Shown here piece after piece: positions 1-13,008 of a DNA stretch of 64,000 nt. The first letter of the stretch is position 1, and each line of letters begins with the position of its first letter. The notes beneath the pieces were generated by a model. The model was not told where the DNA came from, made no database searches, and saw only the letters and a program-made list of their open reading frames with translations. This stretch comes from Macrostomum lignano (taxonomy: Eukaryota): NCBI GenBank assembly GCA_002269645.1, contig NIVC01003172.1, forward strand, positions 50,705-114,704. Direction: 5' to 3'. The translations under genes were made by a program, and so were the position numbers.

Positions 1-1933
1 TGTAGGATAATCTAATATCTTGCCGGATATTGTAGGATTATCAAATATCTTGCCGGATATTGTAGGTAGGATTATCAAATATCTTGCAGGATATTGTAGG
101 ATTATCAAATATCTTGCAGGATATTGTAGGATTATCAAATATCTTGCAGGATATTGTAGGTAGGATTATCAAATATCTTGCAGGATATTGTAGGATTATC
201 AAATATCTTTCCGGATATTGTAGGATTATCAAATATCTTGCCGGATATTGTAGGATTATCAAATATCTTGCCGGATATTGTAGGATTATCAAATATCTTG
301 CAGGATATTGTAGGATTATCAAATATCTTGCAGGATATTGTAGGTAGGATTATCAAATATCTTGCAGGATCTTGTAGGATTATCAAATATCTTGCAGGAT
401 ATTGTAGGATTATCAAATATCTTGCCGGATATTGTAGGATTATCAAATATCTTGCAGGATATTGTAGGATTATCAAATATCTTGCAGGATATTGTAGGAT
501 TTTCAAATATCTTGCAGGATATTGTAGGATTATCAAATATCTTGCAGGATATTGTAGGATTATCAAATATCTTGCCGGATATTGTAGGATTATCAAATAT
601 CTTGCAGGATATTGTAGGATTATCAAATATCTTGCAGGATATTGTAGGATTTTCAAATATCTTGCAGGATATTGTAGGATTATCAAATATCTTGCAGGAT
701 ATTGTAGGATTATCAAATATCTTGCAGGATCTTGTAGGATTATCAAATATCTTGCAGGATATTGTAGGATTATCAAATATCTTGCCGGATATTGTAGGAT
801 TATCAAATATCTTGCAGGATATTGTAGGATTATCAAATATCTTGCAGGATATTGTAGGATTATCAAATATCTTGCAGGATCTTGTAGGATTATCAAATAT
901 CTTGCAGGATATTGTAGGATTATCAAATATCTTGCCGGATATTGTAGGATTATCAAATATCTTGCAGGATATTGTAGGATTATCAAATATCTTGCAGGAT
1001 ATTGTAGGTAGGATTATCAAATATCTTGCAGGATATTGTAGGATTATCAAATATCTTGCAGGATATTGTAGGATTATCAAATATCTTGCCGGATATTGTA
1101 GGATTATCAAATATGTTGCAGGATCTTGTAGGATTATCAAATATCTTGCAGGATATTGTAGGATTATCAAATATCTTGCAGGATATTGTAGGATTATCAA
1201 ATATCTTGCAGGATATTGTAGGTAGGATTATCAAATATCTTGCAGGATCTTGTAGGATTATCAAATATCTTGCAGGATATTGTAGGATTATCAAATATCT
1301 TGCAGGATATTGTAGGATTATCAAATATCTTGCAGGATATTGTAGGATTATCAAATATCTTGCAGGATATTGTAGGATTTTCAAATATCTTGCAGGATAT
1401 TGTAGGTAGGATTATCAAATATCTTGCAGGATATTGTAGGATTATCAAATATCTTGCAGGATATTGTAGGATTATCAAATACTCGTATCTTGCAGGATAT
1501 TGTAGGATTATCAAATATCTTGCAGGATATTGTAGGATTATCAAATATCTTGCAGGATATTGTAGGATTATCAAATATCTTGCAGGATATTGTAGGATTT
1601 TCAAATATCTTGCAGGATATTGTAGGTAGGATTATCAAATATCTTGCAGGATATTGTAGGTAGGATTATCAAATATCTTGCAGGATATTGTAGGATTATC
1701 AAATATCTTGCAGGATATTGTAGGATTATCAAATATCTTGCAGGATATTGTAGGATTTTCAAATATCTTGCAGGATATTGTAGGATTATCAAATATCTTG
1801 CAGGATCTTGTAGGATTATCAAATCTTGCAGGATCTTGTAGGATTATCAAATCTTGCAGGATCTTGTAGGATTATCAAATATCTTGTAGGATTATCAAAT
1901 ATCTTGCAGGATATTGTAGGATTATCAAATATC
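1..1933. repeat. 30-bp tandem satellite (TGTAGGATTATCAAATATCTTGCAGGATAT), in the twist intron
   Basis: Direct periodicity of about 60 copies, with occasional TAGG 4-bp insertions; runs off the left edge. Confidence 0.97.
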
Positions 1934-2011
1934 GTTCTCGGGGCTCCTGTGGCCACCAGTTTGCAAACAGCCGATCGGCCGATGCAGGACGCGGGGTTGA
2001 AATGAACTCAC

Positions 2012-2232
2012 TTGTTCAAGGACTGTGTCCTCTGCCGCTCCCGCACATTGGCCATCATCCTCGCGGAGCTGCCGCTGTCATCGTAGGCGTCAGACGCTGC
2101 CGAGTGCGACGCGGCGTCTGAGCAGCCGCTCCGCTTTCTTTTTCGGCTGCTGGAGGCGGCGTTGCCAGAGCCTTTGGCTTCCAGCTTCACGCACAAGCTT
2201 GAATCGGTTCCAGGCTCCGCCGTTGCCGGCAT
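2012..2232 (-). CDS. twist: Twist-family bHLH transcription factor, first coding exon; remainder lies left of the window
   Basis: ATG at 2232; RKRKR basic patch; RMMANVRERQRTQSLN matches the Twist basic/helix-1 signature; phase-2 donor AA|GTGAGT at 2011. Confidence 0.85.
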
Positions 2233-2316
2233 CAGGCCACGACTGTGTCGCTGGTTTGACTCCGTCTGGGCAAATTGGATTTGTGTTGAGCGAATGTCTT
2301 CGTGCAGGTATATGAA

Positions 2317-2465
2317 GTTGGCTGAGATTCTGAGGTGCGGGTCTCTTGGGTTGGCTGAGATTCTGAGGTGAGGGTCTCTTGGGTTGGCTGAGATTCTGAG
2401 GTGAGGGTCTGTTGGTTTGGGTGAGATTCTGAGGTGAGGGTCTCTTAGATTGGGTGAGATTCTCC
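2317..2465. repeat. 33-bp tandem repeat, about 4.5 copies, upstream of the twist ATG
   Basis: GCTGAGATTCTGAGGTG recurs at 2321, 2354 and onward. Confidence 0.9.
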
Positions 2466-3275
2466 TGGCTGACTGTGTGAGTTGCAGCAGTCGCCACTGG
2501 GACTCACCCCGCTCACACTCAGTCCAAGGCTGCCGCTATCGCCGCGGTTGCAGACAAGATCCATCAGCCGAAATTTTCTTCTTCACAGCAGCTTCTCCCT
2601 CGGATCACTTGGCGCCTCTGCGTGACCTCCCGGACTAAAAGCGGTGGCTGCTGCTGCTGTAGTAAAAACGATTGATGCGCTGGCTTCCTTGGAAAAAAGC
2701 TTCAGGCGTTAGCCGGGCCGCGCGCGCTAATTCTCAGGGTCTCCAGGAAACAGATGCTTGGGCAGCTGTTTGCCATTTTTAAGACTTGCCGTGTCAGCCG
2801 CTAACCCCCCCCCTTCCCAGAAGCGCCGCGGGTGCCCCGCTGTCGCCAGACTGTCTGGCGGAGGTTCCACCGCCGGGGCCTCCCTCTGTGTCGTCGGCCA
2901 ACCCCCGGCGGGGGCCATTCTAAGAAATCGAGAGTATGGGGTGATGGGGAGATTCTCCCCCGTGACGCCCAACCCCAACCTCCCCGCCGGGGTGGGCAGA
3001 GGCGGGAAGAGGAGAAATGCGTTAACGAAAAATGATGCCCCGAATGTGGCTCGGGAAATATCAGGCTACCCATATGCTACCTGGGGAGGGCTTGCATAGC
3101 ATCTGCATTGACTTTTTGCACAAGCCTGTCTTGAATTCTGTAATCACTTTGACTGTCCACGCGTTTGGTGTCTGCGGGTTTGCTGTTAGCCTGCCTGAAA
3201 TTGGCCAGCGGCAGATTGCGGAACCGGCTCTTTCAAAGTCTATTAGGAGAGTACTAGCAATTGCCGAGCAGCAGC

Positions 3276-4432
3276 TGTGACACAAGAGTGAATTTATCAA
3301 CGGTAGGTGCAACTAAAGCTGTTTCACAAGAGTGACGATTTAAACTAGATGTGTGACACAAGAGCAAAGTCATAAACTAGATGTTTGACACAAGAGTAAA
3401 GTCATAAACTAGAAATGTGACACAAGAGTGAAGTCATAAACTAGATGTGAGACACAAGAGTGACGATATAAACTAGATGTGTGACACAAGAGTGAAGTCA
3501 TGAACTAGATGTGTGACACAAGAGTGAAGTCATAAACTAGATGTGTGACACAAGAGTGAAGTCATAAACTACATGTTTAACACAAGAGTGAAGTCATAAA
3601 CTAGAAATGTGACACAAGAGTGAAGTCATAAACTAGAAATGGGACACAAGAGTGAAGTCATAAACTAGATGTGAGACACAAGAGTGAAGTCATAAACTAG
3701 ATGTGAGACACAAGAGTGAAGTCATAAACTAGAAATGTGACACAAGAGTGAAGTCATAAACTAGATGTGAGACACAAGAGTGAAGTCATAAACTAGATGT
3801 GAGACACAAGAGTGAAGTCATAAACTAGATGTGAGACACAAGAGCAAAGTCATTAACTAGATGTGAGACACAAGAGTGAAGTCATAAACTAGATGTGAGA
3901 CACAAGAGTGAAGTCATAAACTAGATGTGAGACACAAGAGTGAAGTCATAAACTAGATGTGAGACACAAGAGTGAAGTCATAAACTAGATGTGAGACACA
4001 AGAGTGAAGTCATAAACTAGATGTGAGACACAAGAGTGAAGTCATAAACTAGATGTGAGACACAAGAGTGAAGTCATAAACTAGATGTGAGACACAAGAG
4101 TGAAGTCATAAACTAGATGTGAGACACAAGAGTGAAGTCATAAACTAGATGTGAGACACAAGAGTGAAGTCATAAACTAGATGTGAGACACAAGAGTGAA
4201 GTCATAAACTAGATGTGAGACACAAGAGTGAAGTCATAAACTAGAAATGTGACACAAGAGTGAAGTCATAAACTAGATGTGAGACACAAGAGTGAAGTCA
4301 TAAACTAGATGTGAGACACAAGAGTGAAGTCATAAACTAGATGTGAGACACAAGAGTGAAGTCATAAACTAGATGTGAGACACAAGAGTGAAGTCATAAA
4401 CTAGATGTGAGACACAAGAGTAAAGTCATACA
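3276..4432. repeat. 32-bp tandem satellite (GTCATAAACTAGATGTGAGACACAAGAGTGAA)
   Basis: Direct periodicity, about 36 copies. Confidence 0.97.
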
Positions 4433-5587
4433 CTAAAGGCATCTTATAGTGAGTTTTGTTGGATTGTATTGTAGAATTCAACTCATCGCCCCCAAAACAG
4501 TTTTGTTATAAACACAGCAAACTACCGGTAAAAAAGGCTCCAATTACGACAGGCCGTATCGGTGGGTGGTCCGGCCCGTCATCAATTCCGCGTCTTCTAC
4601 GGCGCTAGAAAATAAAAGCAAAAACATGACAGACAATTGAAGGCCGCAGCTTGCATTCCCAGCCCACCCACCCCCTTTTCTTTTCAAACGAATTCGCGAA
4701 TAAACAAACACCCGCTCACAGGCTGGAATTCGGGAGACAGACAGATTTTCTTTGACTCGATGGTCATTTTTCCCTTTGTCCACTGGCAGCAAAAAGCCAA
4801 GCCTAGGAGGCCGGATCGAGGCTGTTTGCTAGTTAGTTAGCGCCTGATCAAGTGTCAGGTCTTCAAGCCTTCCCGTTGCACCTCCTGCCCCAATGTCGAT
4901 GCACGAATTTCAATTGCCTTAACTTTTTAGTTCCGTCCGTTCAAGAGCGCGCGGGGGGACAAAGGCTGACTTGGCTTTTTTCATCAATGAAGTCAATTGG
5001 ACACCCTTGACCCGGACACTCTGTGGGCGGTCCGTCCGGCAGAGGATGATGCAACGGAAAGGCGATCAGATCTTTCATAGCGGATTCTCTTGTCAGCTTC
5101 TGAATAATTCATATTTTGCTGGAGGGCAATCGGTTTCATTCTCCCCCCCCCGTGTTTTCAGACACCCCGCATGGCAACTTGACGTGAACTGTTGCCACAG
5201 CTGGAGCCGCGAGCAGGGAAAACACGGGGCGGGAATCAAGGAGATTTAATGGATCATTTTGCAGCCTAAGCTACACCGAAATCCCAGCTGTTTCCTGATG
5301 CAACGAAGATCTGACGATTAAAAGAGGGTATCGCGAATGCAGATTTTTATTGCTAAAAAACGACAAATTTCGATGGCTAGCAACACGCCGAATGGCAGTA
5401 GTCTGTGTTGGTTGTTCTGGTTGAGAAAAATTTACGCACTTCTAACCAAGGTGTCTCAGTAGGTTTATTTAAATCTACACCAGACAACTCGCATTGAAAC
5501 TTCGGGTTCATGAAAGTGCGTAACAGCTGAGGCAACAATATGTGCAGAGAAACTCTTCAGCAGTCAAAATACTTCAGCGATTGACCT

Positions 5588-6010
5588 TCAGCAATCAATA
5601 ATCTTCATCAATCAATAATCTTCAGCAATCAATAATCTTCACCAATCAATAATCTTCAGCAATCAATAATCTTCATCAATCAATAATCTTCATCAATCAA
5701 TAATCTTCACCAATTAATAATCTTCATCAATCAATAATCTTCATCAATCAACAATCTTCATCAATCAATAATCTTCATCAATCAATAATCTTCATCAATC
5801 AATAATCTTCATCAATCAATAATCTTCAGCAATCAATAATCTTCAGCAATCAATAATCTTCACCAATCAATAATCTTCAATCAATAATCTTCATCAATCA
5901 ATAATCTTCAATCAATAATCTTCATCAATCAATAATCTTCATCAATCAATAATCTTCATCAATCAATAATCTTCATCAATCAATACTCTTCAGCAATCAA
6001 TAATATTGAT
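5588..6010. repeat. 17-bp tandem repeat (CAATCAATAATCTTCAT)
   Basis: Direct periodicity. Confidence 0.95.
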
Positions 6011-6271
6011 CAATCAACAGCCTTTATCAAGCAACCTTGGACAAGTGCAATCAGCAACAGAAGAACAGAAGCAACTAAAAGTACAGAAGCAACTGAAAGG
6101 ACCAAAATACGTGCTAACAAATCGCCTAAGCAACTTTTCGACAGACGGAACAACAAATCAACAACAGAGGCAGAAGCAACAAGCCATCAAATACAACAAC
6201 AGTAAAAGTCTCCGTTTCGTCCAACGCAGTTTTAAAAGCTCAGAGAGGCTGGGCGATTGGACAGCGCCTCA

Positions 6272-8287
6272 TCAGCAGGTCTCCAGCAGCTGCCGTCTCT
6301 TAGCGGGCCTCATCGGGCTCCCAGCCGGGCAGCGGAACGCCCGGCCGAACTCCACGGAGTCCTTCAGCATGCCGTTCACCCGCCGGCTCGCGGTCGGATG
6401 CTCAGCGTTGGCTTTAAACACGGCACCCTCCGCGGCGCCGGAGCCCCAGGCGCAGAAGTCCTGAGCCGCGCGAACAAAAAACAGGCGCTCGGCTGCGTTA
6501 CTTGAACCGGCGGCACCGGCTGTCATGACAGCGGGCACGGCGTCCTTAGCAACGAGTGTCCGCGTCCGGTAGGCCCGGTGCGCGGCCCTCAGGCCCAGCC
6601 AATCGGCCAGGCGCTCCCATCGGGTTGCGCCGCCGTTTCGACATTCGCCATTTCGTCGCTCCAGCTTGGCGTAGTTGGCCAGGGAGTGCCCGAGCTCGTG
6701 CCCCAGCTGGAGACCCAGGCCGCCGTAGATGGAGAAGGCCGGATAGTCGGGTCGATAGGCGGGAGACTGCAGCAAGGACAGAGGCAGCAAGATGACGCTG
6801 AACCGCTCCTGGCTTGCAGTGCTCAGAGTGTACGCATTGGCGATGAACGGGTCCATGCGCTCGATCGGGTTCTCCGCTCCCCTGCTGCAGCTCAGCAGCG
6901 AGTCCAGCCTCTGTCTAGCGCGGGATTCTAGCGCCAGGCCCAGCGCCGCGGCCTCCAGGGCGCCATTGCGGGATCGGACCCGACGGATGACCTCCCGTGC
7001 CGACCGATCGGACAGGCCCCAGCTCTGGCGGCCGTAACCCAGATACACGGGGGTTGAGTGCAGCTTCTCAGCCACGCGAGCTCGCTCCGCCGCAGAGCCG
7101 AGCGCCGGGGATTCCAGCGCGAGTTCGGCCATAGACGAGCGAATGTTGTCGGCAACGTTGGCCGCGGTGGGCAGAGCGGCGGAGGTCAGGTAGCGCTGGT
7201 GATAGAAATGCGCCACGGCGGGTCCGAGCAGCTGCGTCACCAGGTGCAGGCACTGCCGCCTGATGTACAATTGCTGGCTGTTAGAGCTGGACATGGAGCT
7301 GGGGCTGTCGTCAGTGTGCTGGTGCTGGTGTAGGTTGAGCAGGCTGCCCTGCAGCTCCACTACGGCATCCAGGGTGAGGAAGGCTTGCACCTGGGCGATT
7401 GGCAGTTTGCCGAGATGCTTCAGCAGAGCTTCGAGTCCCTTTAGTCGGTGATGCATCAGCTCGAACGATTCCGGAAGCTGGAGCTTCATCTTCTTGAACA
7501 GGTGACGCACGTACATCGTCCAGTTGAAGGCGGAGGCCGTGTCCAGCTCAGCCAGGGTGCTGCTTGACATCTCGCCGTCGTTTTTTGTCGGTGCCTTGGG
7601 CTCGACAGTGTCGATTAATTCGGCGACATCGACAGCCACAGCGCTGGCGACGATGGCGCTGCGCGCAGGAAAGCCGGCGCCGCGGAGCAGGCGCAGGGCG
7701 CGCCGGAGTTCAGCCGAGTTGCCGGCGTAGCCGAAGCGTCTCTGGCGGATGAGGCCGGCTCCAGAATCTCCAGTCTCCAGGCGGAACGGGCCGGTGAAGC
7801 CTGACCTGGCGTGAGTGGCCAGCAGCTGCTCGAGGCTGCCCGACTCGCGCCGGTTCCGGGCCAGCCGATGCAGCAGCGACCTCAGACTCTCGCGTTGCTT
7901 AGCAACCGAGCTCCGGTGCCAGGACCGGCAGCTGGCGAAGGTGGCGCCAACCAGCCTGGCAGCGGCCGGAGCCCCGGAATTGCCGCCGTCTGTCGCCAAG
8001 TCGGTGACCAGGCGGAACAGCCGGGCCTCAGTCTGGGCGCCCAGCTGCAGGCTGGTGTCGGTGTAGGCGGAGCCGGCCGAGCCCGGCCCGTCCAGGCCGG
8101 CGTAGTGGCCGGCCGCGCCCGCCGCCGAGCTGAAGCCGCCGCAGGCGTAGCTGTAAAAATTGGAGCACGGGTCGGCGGAGCGGTTCATCTTCAGCAGCAT
8201 GGCGGCGCCGTCCTCGGTGCAGGCGTCCGTGTCGCAGCACCGGACGGTAGCGGCCGCTATGAGCAGTAACAGGGCTTGGCAGAGCAT
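6272..8287 (-). CDS. Intronless secreted M13 (neprilysin/ECE-like) zinc metallopeptidase, 671 aa
   Basis: N-terminal hydrophobic signal MLCQALLLLIAAATV; DPCSNFYSYACGGF; NAY; HELGH (HExxH); ERLAD (ExxD); FFVRAAQDFC; HPTASRRV; C-terminal CPAGSPM. All are M13 hallmarks, in the expected order. Confidence 0.9.
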   Translation of the reverse strand: MLCQALLLLIAAATVRCCDTDACTEDGAAMLLKMNRSADPCSNFYSYACGGFSSAAGAAGHYAGLDGPGSAGSAYTDTSLQLGAQTEARLFRLVTDLATDGGNSGAPAAARLVGATFASCRSWHRSSVAKQRESLRSLLHRLARNRRESGSLEQLLATHARSGFTGPFRLETGDSGAGLIRQRRFGYAGNSAELRRALRLLRGAGFPARSAIVASAVAVDVAELIDTVEPKAPTKNDGEMSSSTLAELDTASAFNWTMYVRHLFKKMKLQLPESFELMHHRLKGLEALLKHLGKLPIAQVQAFLTLDAVVELQGSLLNLHQHQHTDDSPSSMSSSNSQQLYIRRQCLHLVTQLLGPAVAHFYHQRYLTSAALPTAANVADNIRSSMAELALESPALGSAAERARVAEKLHSTPVYLGYGRQSWGLSDRSAREVIRRVRSRNGALEAAALGLALESRARQRLDSLLSCSRGAENPIERMDPFIANAYTLSTASQERFSVILLPLSLLQSPAYRPDYPAFSIYGGLGLQLGHELGHSLANYAKLERRNGECRNGGATRWERLADWLGLRAAHRAYRTRTLVAKDAVPAVMTAGAAGSSNAAERLFFVRAAQDFCAWGSGAAEGAVFKANAEHPTASRRVNGMLKDSVEFGRAFRCPAGSPMRPAKRRQLLETC

Positions 8288-8327
8288 CGCGTTTCATAAT
8301 CAGCCGGCAATGGCCTTCGGTCCCGCA

Positions 8328-8333
8328 TTTATA
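8328..8333 (-). promoter_or_regulatory. Possible TATA box of the M13 gene
   Basis: TATAAA on the minus strand about 40 bp upstream of the ATG at 8287. Confidence 0.35.
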
Positions 8334-8632
8334 AAGAAACCCAGAGTGAAAATTGTGATTGCGGCAATTTGGAAAATTGAGGTTTTGAGAGCAGCTGGGA
8401 AAAATAATTCCTTCAGCAATTAGCGGCAATTTAGTCAGACTTTCTCTTTTCTAGCAGTTTTTTCTAGTCAAAGACTATTTTGTCGAATAAATCAGTTTTT
8501 TGTTTTATTTCCTCAAATTGGTCGTCCTTGCTGCTCCGACAATTTTCCTGTTTACGTAATTGGCTAATTGGTCGAGTGCTATCGTGCTTTTAGCGGCTTT
8601 TTTCGTCTCCTACCTGCGCAAAGATTTTTTCG

Positions 8633-9880
8633 TGACTCCCGATTAGGCACACCCTGACTCCCGATTAGGCACGCCCTGACTCCCGATTAGGCTCACCCTG
8701 ACTCCCGATTAGGCACGCCCTGACTCCCGATTAGGCACGCCCTGACTCCCGATTAGGCACGCCCTGACTCCCGATTAGGCACGCCCTGACTCCCGATTAG
8801 GCTCACCCTGACTCCCGATTAGGCACGCCCTGACTCCCGATTAGGCACGCCCTGACTCCCGATTAGGCACGCCCTGACTCCCGATTAGGCTCACCCTGAC
8901 TCCCGATTAGGCACGCCCTGACTCCCGATTAGGCACGCCCTGACTCCCGATTAGGCTCACCCTGACTCCCGATTAGGCACGCCCTGACTCCCGATTAGGC
9001 ACGCCCTGACTCCCGATTAGGCACCACCCTGACTCCCGATTAGGCACCACCCTGACTCCCGATTAGGCACGCCCTGACTCCCGATTAGGCACCACCCTGA
9101 TTCCCGATTAGGCACCACCCTGACTCCCGATTAGGCACGCCCTGACTCCCGATTAGGCACGCCCTGACTCCCGATTAGGCTCACCCTGACTCCCGATTAG
9201 GCTCACCCTGACTCCCGATTAGGCTCACCCTGACTCCCGATTAGGCTCACCCTGACTCCCGATTAGGCACCACCCTGACTCCCGATTAGGCTCCACCCTG
9301 ACTCCCGATTAGGCACGCCCTGACTCCCGATTAGGCACGCCCTGACTCCCGATTAGGCACCACCCTGACTCCCGATTAGGCACGCCCTGACTCCCGATTA
9401 GGCACGCCCTGACTCCCGATTAGGCACGCCCTGACTCCCGATTAGGCACGCCCTGACTCCCGATTAGGCACGCCCTGACTCCCGATTAGGCTCACCCTGA
9501 CTCCCGATTAGGCACGCCCTGACTCCCGATTAGGCTCACCCTGACTCCCGATTAGGCTCACCCTGACTCCCGATTAGGCACCACCCTGACTCCCGATTAG
9601 GCACCACCCTGACTCCCGATTAGGCACGCCCTGACTCCCGATTAGGCACACCCTGACTCCCGATTAGGCACGCCCTGACTCCCGATTAGGCTCACCCTGA
9701 CTCCCGATTAGGCACGCCCTGACTCCCGATTAGGCACGCCCTGACTCCCGATTAGGCACGCCCTGACTCCCGATTAGGCACGCCCTGACTCCCGATTAGG
9801 CACGCCCTGACTCCCGATTAGGCACACCCTGACTCCCGATTAGGCACGCCCTGACTCCCGATTAGGCACACCCTGACTCC
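8633..9880. repeat. 22-23-bp tandem satellite (GCCCTGACTCCCGATTAGGCAC and variants)
   Basis: Direct periodicity, about 55 copies; variable CACG/CTCA/CACCA linker. Confidence 0.97.
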
Positions 9881-9942
9881 GGATTTGACGAGTTATTTAA
9901 CTAATACCAAAACATCGAATATTGGGAGTCCTCCTCAGCGAC

Positions 9943-12900
9943 TCTGCTATGCTCAGCAACTTACGTCGTATTATTATATTTATTATAGTTATTAGACTTA
10001 GACTTATTATATTTGCACCTCGGCAACTCGGCGGCCAGCAGCGCCAAGACCAAGAGAGGGCAGCGAAGCGAGCGCCGGCGAGTTGAACGTCGGCGTAAGC
10101 GAAACTGGCGAGGTCGGCAACGTGGTTCCGCCCGTCGAGCTGCTGCCTTACTTAGCCAATTGGATCTTCCGGGTGGCGCCGGGGACCGTGAGGCTCACTG
10201 TCATCGAGCCCCAGCCGTAACACAAGGCACGCTTCGGGTCGGGACGCTGAACTGCCGCACTCTCAAGGCCGCCTGGCCGACCCGGGAATTCACTGTGAGG
10301 ACCTAGGCGCCGGCTGGACCCTCTGGTACACGTCGGCGGACCAGCGAGGCCGTGGAGGAGTTGGAGCGCTGATCGGACCGAGGCTGCAGCAGAGCTGTCG
10401 CTGCTTCGGGTCGACGCCCGGCTTCGCGGCCGGAACGCTCGCCTGTTCTGCGCGTATGCGCCTCCTGCCACCCGACCTGACGAGGCTCAATTCTTCTTCG
10501 AGCAGCTCTCGGCCCAGGTGGAGGAGACGGCGCAGCGCGACACAGTGGTCGTCCTCGGAGACCTGAACGCGATTTTGCGTAGGTCCGAGCGGTCGCTGTT
10601 TGTGACACCGCGCGAGAACGGAAACACCGGAGCGCTGGAAGACTTCCTGGAGAGGCAGGACATGGTTTCGGCCAACACCCGGTTCCGCAAGCCACCCGGC
10701 AGGCTCGCGACCTTCGTGGGCTGCAAGCGGAGGAAGAAACGCGGAGGCAGGCACAGCTCGACCTTGTGCTTGTGCGGATTCGTGAGCACCGCCGCGCCGT
10801 CAACTGCCGCATCATCACGCCGCTGGCTCTGCGGTCCGACCACCGGCTCCTCATCTGCGACCTGCGTGCACGCGATCCGCTTTACGTCCGCCGAAGCGGC
10901 CACTGCGGCGCTACTACCGTGCGCTCAAGGACAGCCAGACGCGTCGCAATTTTGCTAGTGCCTTCGTCAGCGCGCTTGGCGACAGGTGCGGGTGCGCCGA
11001 GTACACGGAGGTAAGTGCCGCGCTTAGAGCCGCGGCGGAGCAAGCAGTCCCACTGATGCAACCGGCCCAACATAGACAGCCGGTCTGGCAGGACGACCCT
11101 GCGATCCGGCAAGCGAGGGCAGAGCTGGAGAGGCTCCGTCTGAGCAGGCGGCCAACTCGCGAGGCGGAGGAGGCTCTGGCGGCTGTCTACCTGCAGCGGC
11201 AACAGGGCGCTGTGGATGACGCCATCCAGGCTGTCACCTCCGCTGGACCCGACGCTAAAGAGCGCGTGGCCTGGTCCGCCATCAATGCTCTGACCGGGCG
11301 GAAGCTGCGCATCCCGCTCAACCTTGCCGGCGACACTCCGGATGAGCGCAAAAATGAGCTGCGCAAGTTCTTCGCCGCCATCGTCAGCGCGCCGTCGCCC
11401 CCGCTGCCAAACGATCTGAGGCTGCCGCCGGAGACGCCGTTGCCGGCAGAGGAGAGTTTTAATGTAGCGCCAGTCAGCACAGCCGACGTTGTGAGGCCCG
11501 CCCAACAGTCACCGAGCGGGAAAGCGCTGGGTCCGGACGAGGTGCCCATCGATGCGCTGCGACTCCACTGTGTGGCCAGCGAGGTCGCCAGTGTGATGAA
11601 CCGCGTGCTTTTCGGTGAGGCGGCACCCAACGAATGGACCACGGCGCACATCGTCGCTATTCCGAAGAAACCGTGCACCACACGGCTTGAGGAGCACCGA
11701 GGTATCTGCTTTCAGTCCTGCGCTGCGAAGCTGTTCAACCGGATGCTGTTATCGCGGTTGCAGCCCGTGCTGGATCCGTACCTGCGTCCTGAACAGAACG
11801 GCTTCCGGCCCCACCGCGGCACAGTGGCGCACATCCTGGCTCTTCGCCGAGGCATCGAGGAAGTGCGGACCCGCCAGTCGAGCGGCTCTCTTTATTGACT
11901 TCAGAAAGGCTTTCGACTCGGTCGAGAGGGCCGTGCTCCAATGGTGCTTCGTGCGTACAACGTACCAGAGCAACTGATTTCCGCCGTCATGGCGCTGTAT
12001 CACGGCACGAACGCTGCTGTGCTGACACCGGATGGCCTGTGGGATTTCTTTGAGACATCCTCTGGGGTGCTTCAGGGAGATCCGCTTGCGCCGTTCCTGT
12101 TTGTCCTAGTGCTTGACTGGGTGCTGCGCGGACTGCTTTCCCTTCTAACGACGACGGCTTCCTGCTGCAGCAACGCGTGGGTCGACGCCAACCGGAAAGG
12201 CGGCTTAGCGTTTTGGGCTAGGCCGATAATCTCGCTTTGCTGTCCTCGACCGTCGAGGGCGCCCAACGCCAGCTGGACCGGCTGGTGAGCGTTTCGGCGA
12301 GTGTCGGCCTGGTGGTCAACACGCAGAAGACCGTCGTGCTCTGCGTGCCGGACGACACCGAGGCTGCTATTTTCTGCCGAGGCACCGACGGCCAGGCGAC
12401 GAAGCTTCCGTGCTGTCAGCAGTTCGTCTACATTGGCGGTCTGGTGCCTAACGTTCGCGAGGACCTGCGACGTCGCCGTGGACTTGCCTGGGCTGTCTTT
12501 CGTTCCGTGAGGGCTGTCCTGCAGTCCGAGGCCCTGCCCGACCGCCAGAGGGCGGCGGTGTTCCAGGCCGTGATCGAGACCGTCCTGTTGTACAACGCCG
12601 AGACCTGGACGCTGACGGATTCGCTCGAACAGCTGGTCGATGCGGCGCACGCTGGCCTGCTGCGCGCCGCCTTCAAGATCGGCTACGAGCGAGTCACCAA
12701 TGAGGCACTCTATCGCTGAACCGGCCTGTCCCGTCCCAGCGAACTGTTGCGCCGTCGGTGACTCCAGCTGGATGCCACATCATCTGCGCCGAGTCGTACT
12801 GCCCACAGCCGGTGCAGGAGGTGCTGCTGCTGACGCTGCAGGCACCGGGCAGGCGTGTACTCGGCGTTTCGTCGACTGCCTTTGCTGGCTGATGCCGGCG

Positions 12901-13008
12901 CCCCGGACACTGCCGGCGGCGCGGCCTACGTTCGCGCCCAGGCCTTGAAACGCGCCTTGTGACGCTGTCTGCTAACTGACTGACATCGTATTTTGTTGTT
13001 GTTGTTGT
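9943..13008 (+). mobile_element. Decayed RTE-like non-LTR retrotransposon (APE endonuclease + RT)
   Basis: LRVGTLNCRTL, VVVLGDLNA, NTRF (endonuclease); GKALGPD, QNGFRP, FIDFRKAFDSV, GVLQGDPLAP, YADD decayed to *ADN (RT); LLYNAETWTLT (RTE C-terminus); several frameshifts; (TTG)n tail at about 12992-13008; candidate 8-bp TSD TCAGCGAC at 9935-9942 and 13009-13016. Confidence 0.9.

Noticed and set aside
41-1869. Many overlapping ORFs (IILQYPARYL / LQDIVGLSNI repeats)
   Set aside because: Translations of a stop-poor 30-bp satellite; no coding evidence.
2640-3100. GC-rich ORFs upstream of twist
   Set aside because: No homology recognised; more consistent with a promoter-proximal GC-rich region.
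6006-8429. Antisense and alternate-frame ORFs over the M13 gene (likewise over the RTE, SOBP, RAD54B and LRRC40 exons)
   Set aside because: Expected shadow ORFs of GC-rich coding sequence.
8633-9880. CRISPR-like appearance of constant repeats with short variable linkers (also 37525-38372)
   Set aside because: Linkers are a few recurring variants, not unique spacers; no cas genes; eukaryotic context.
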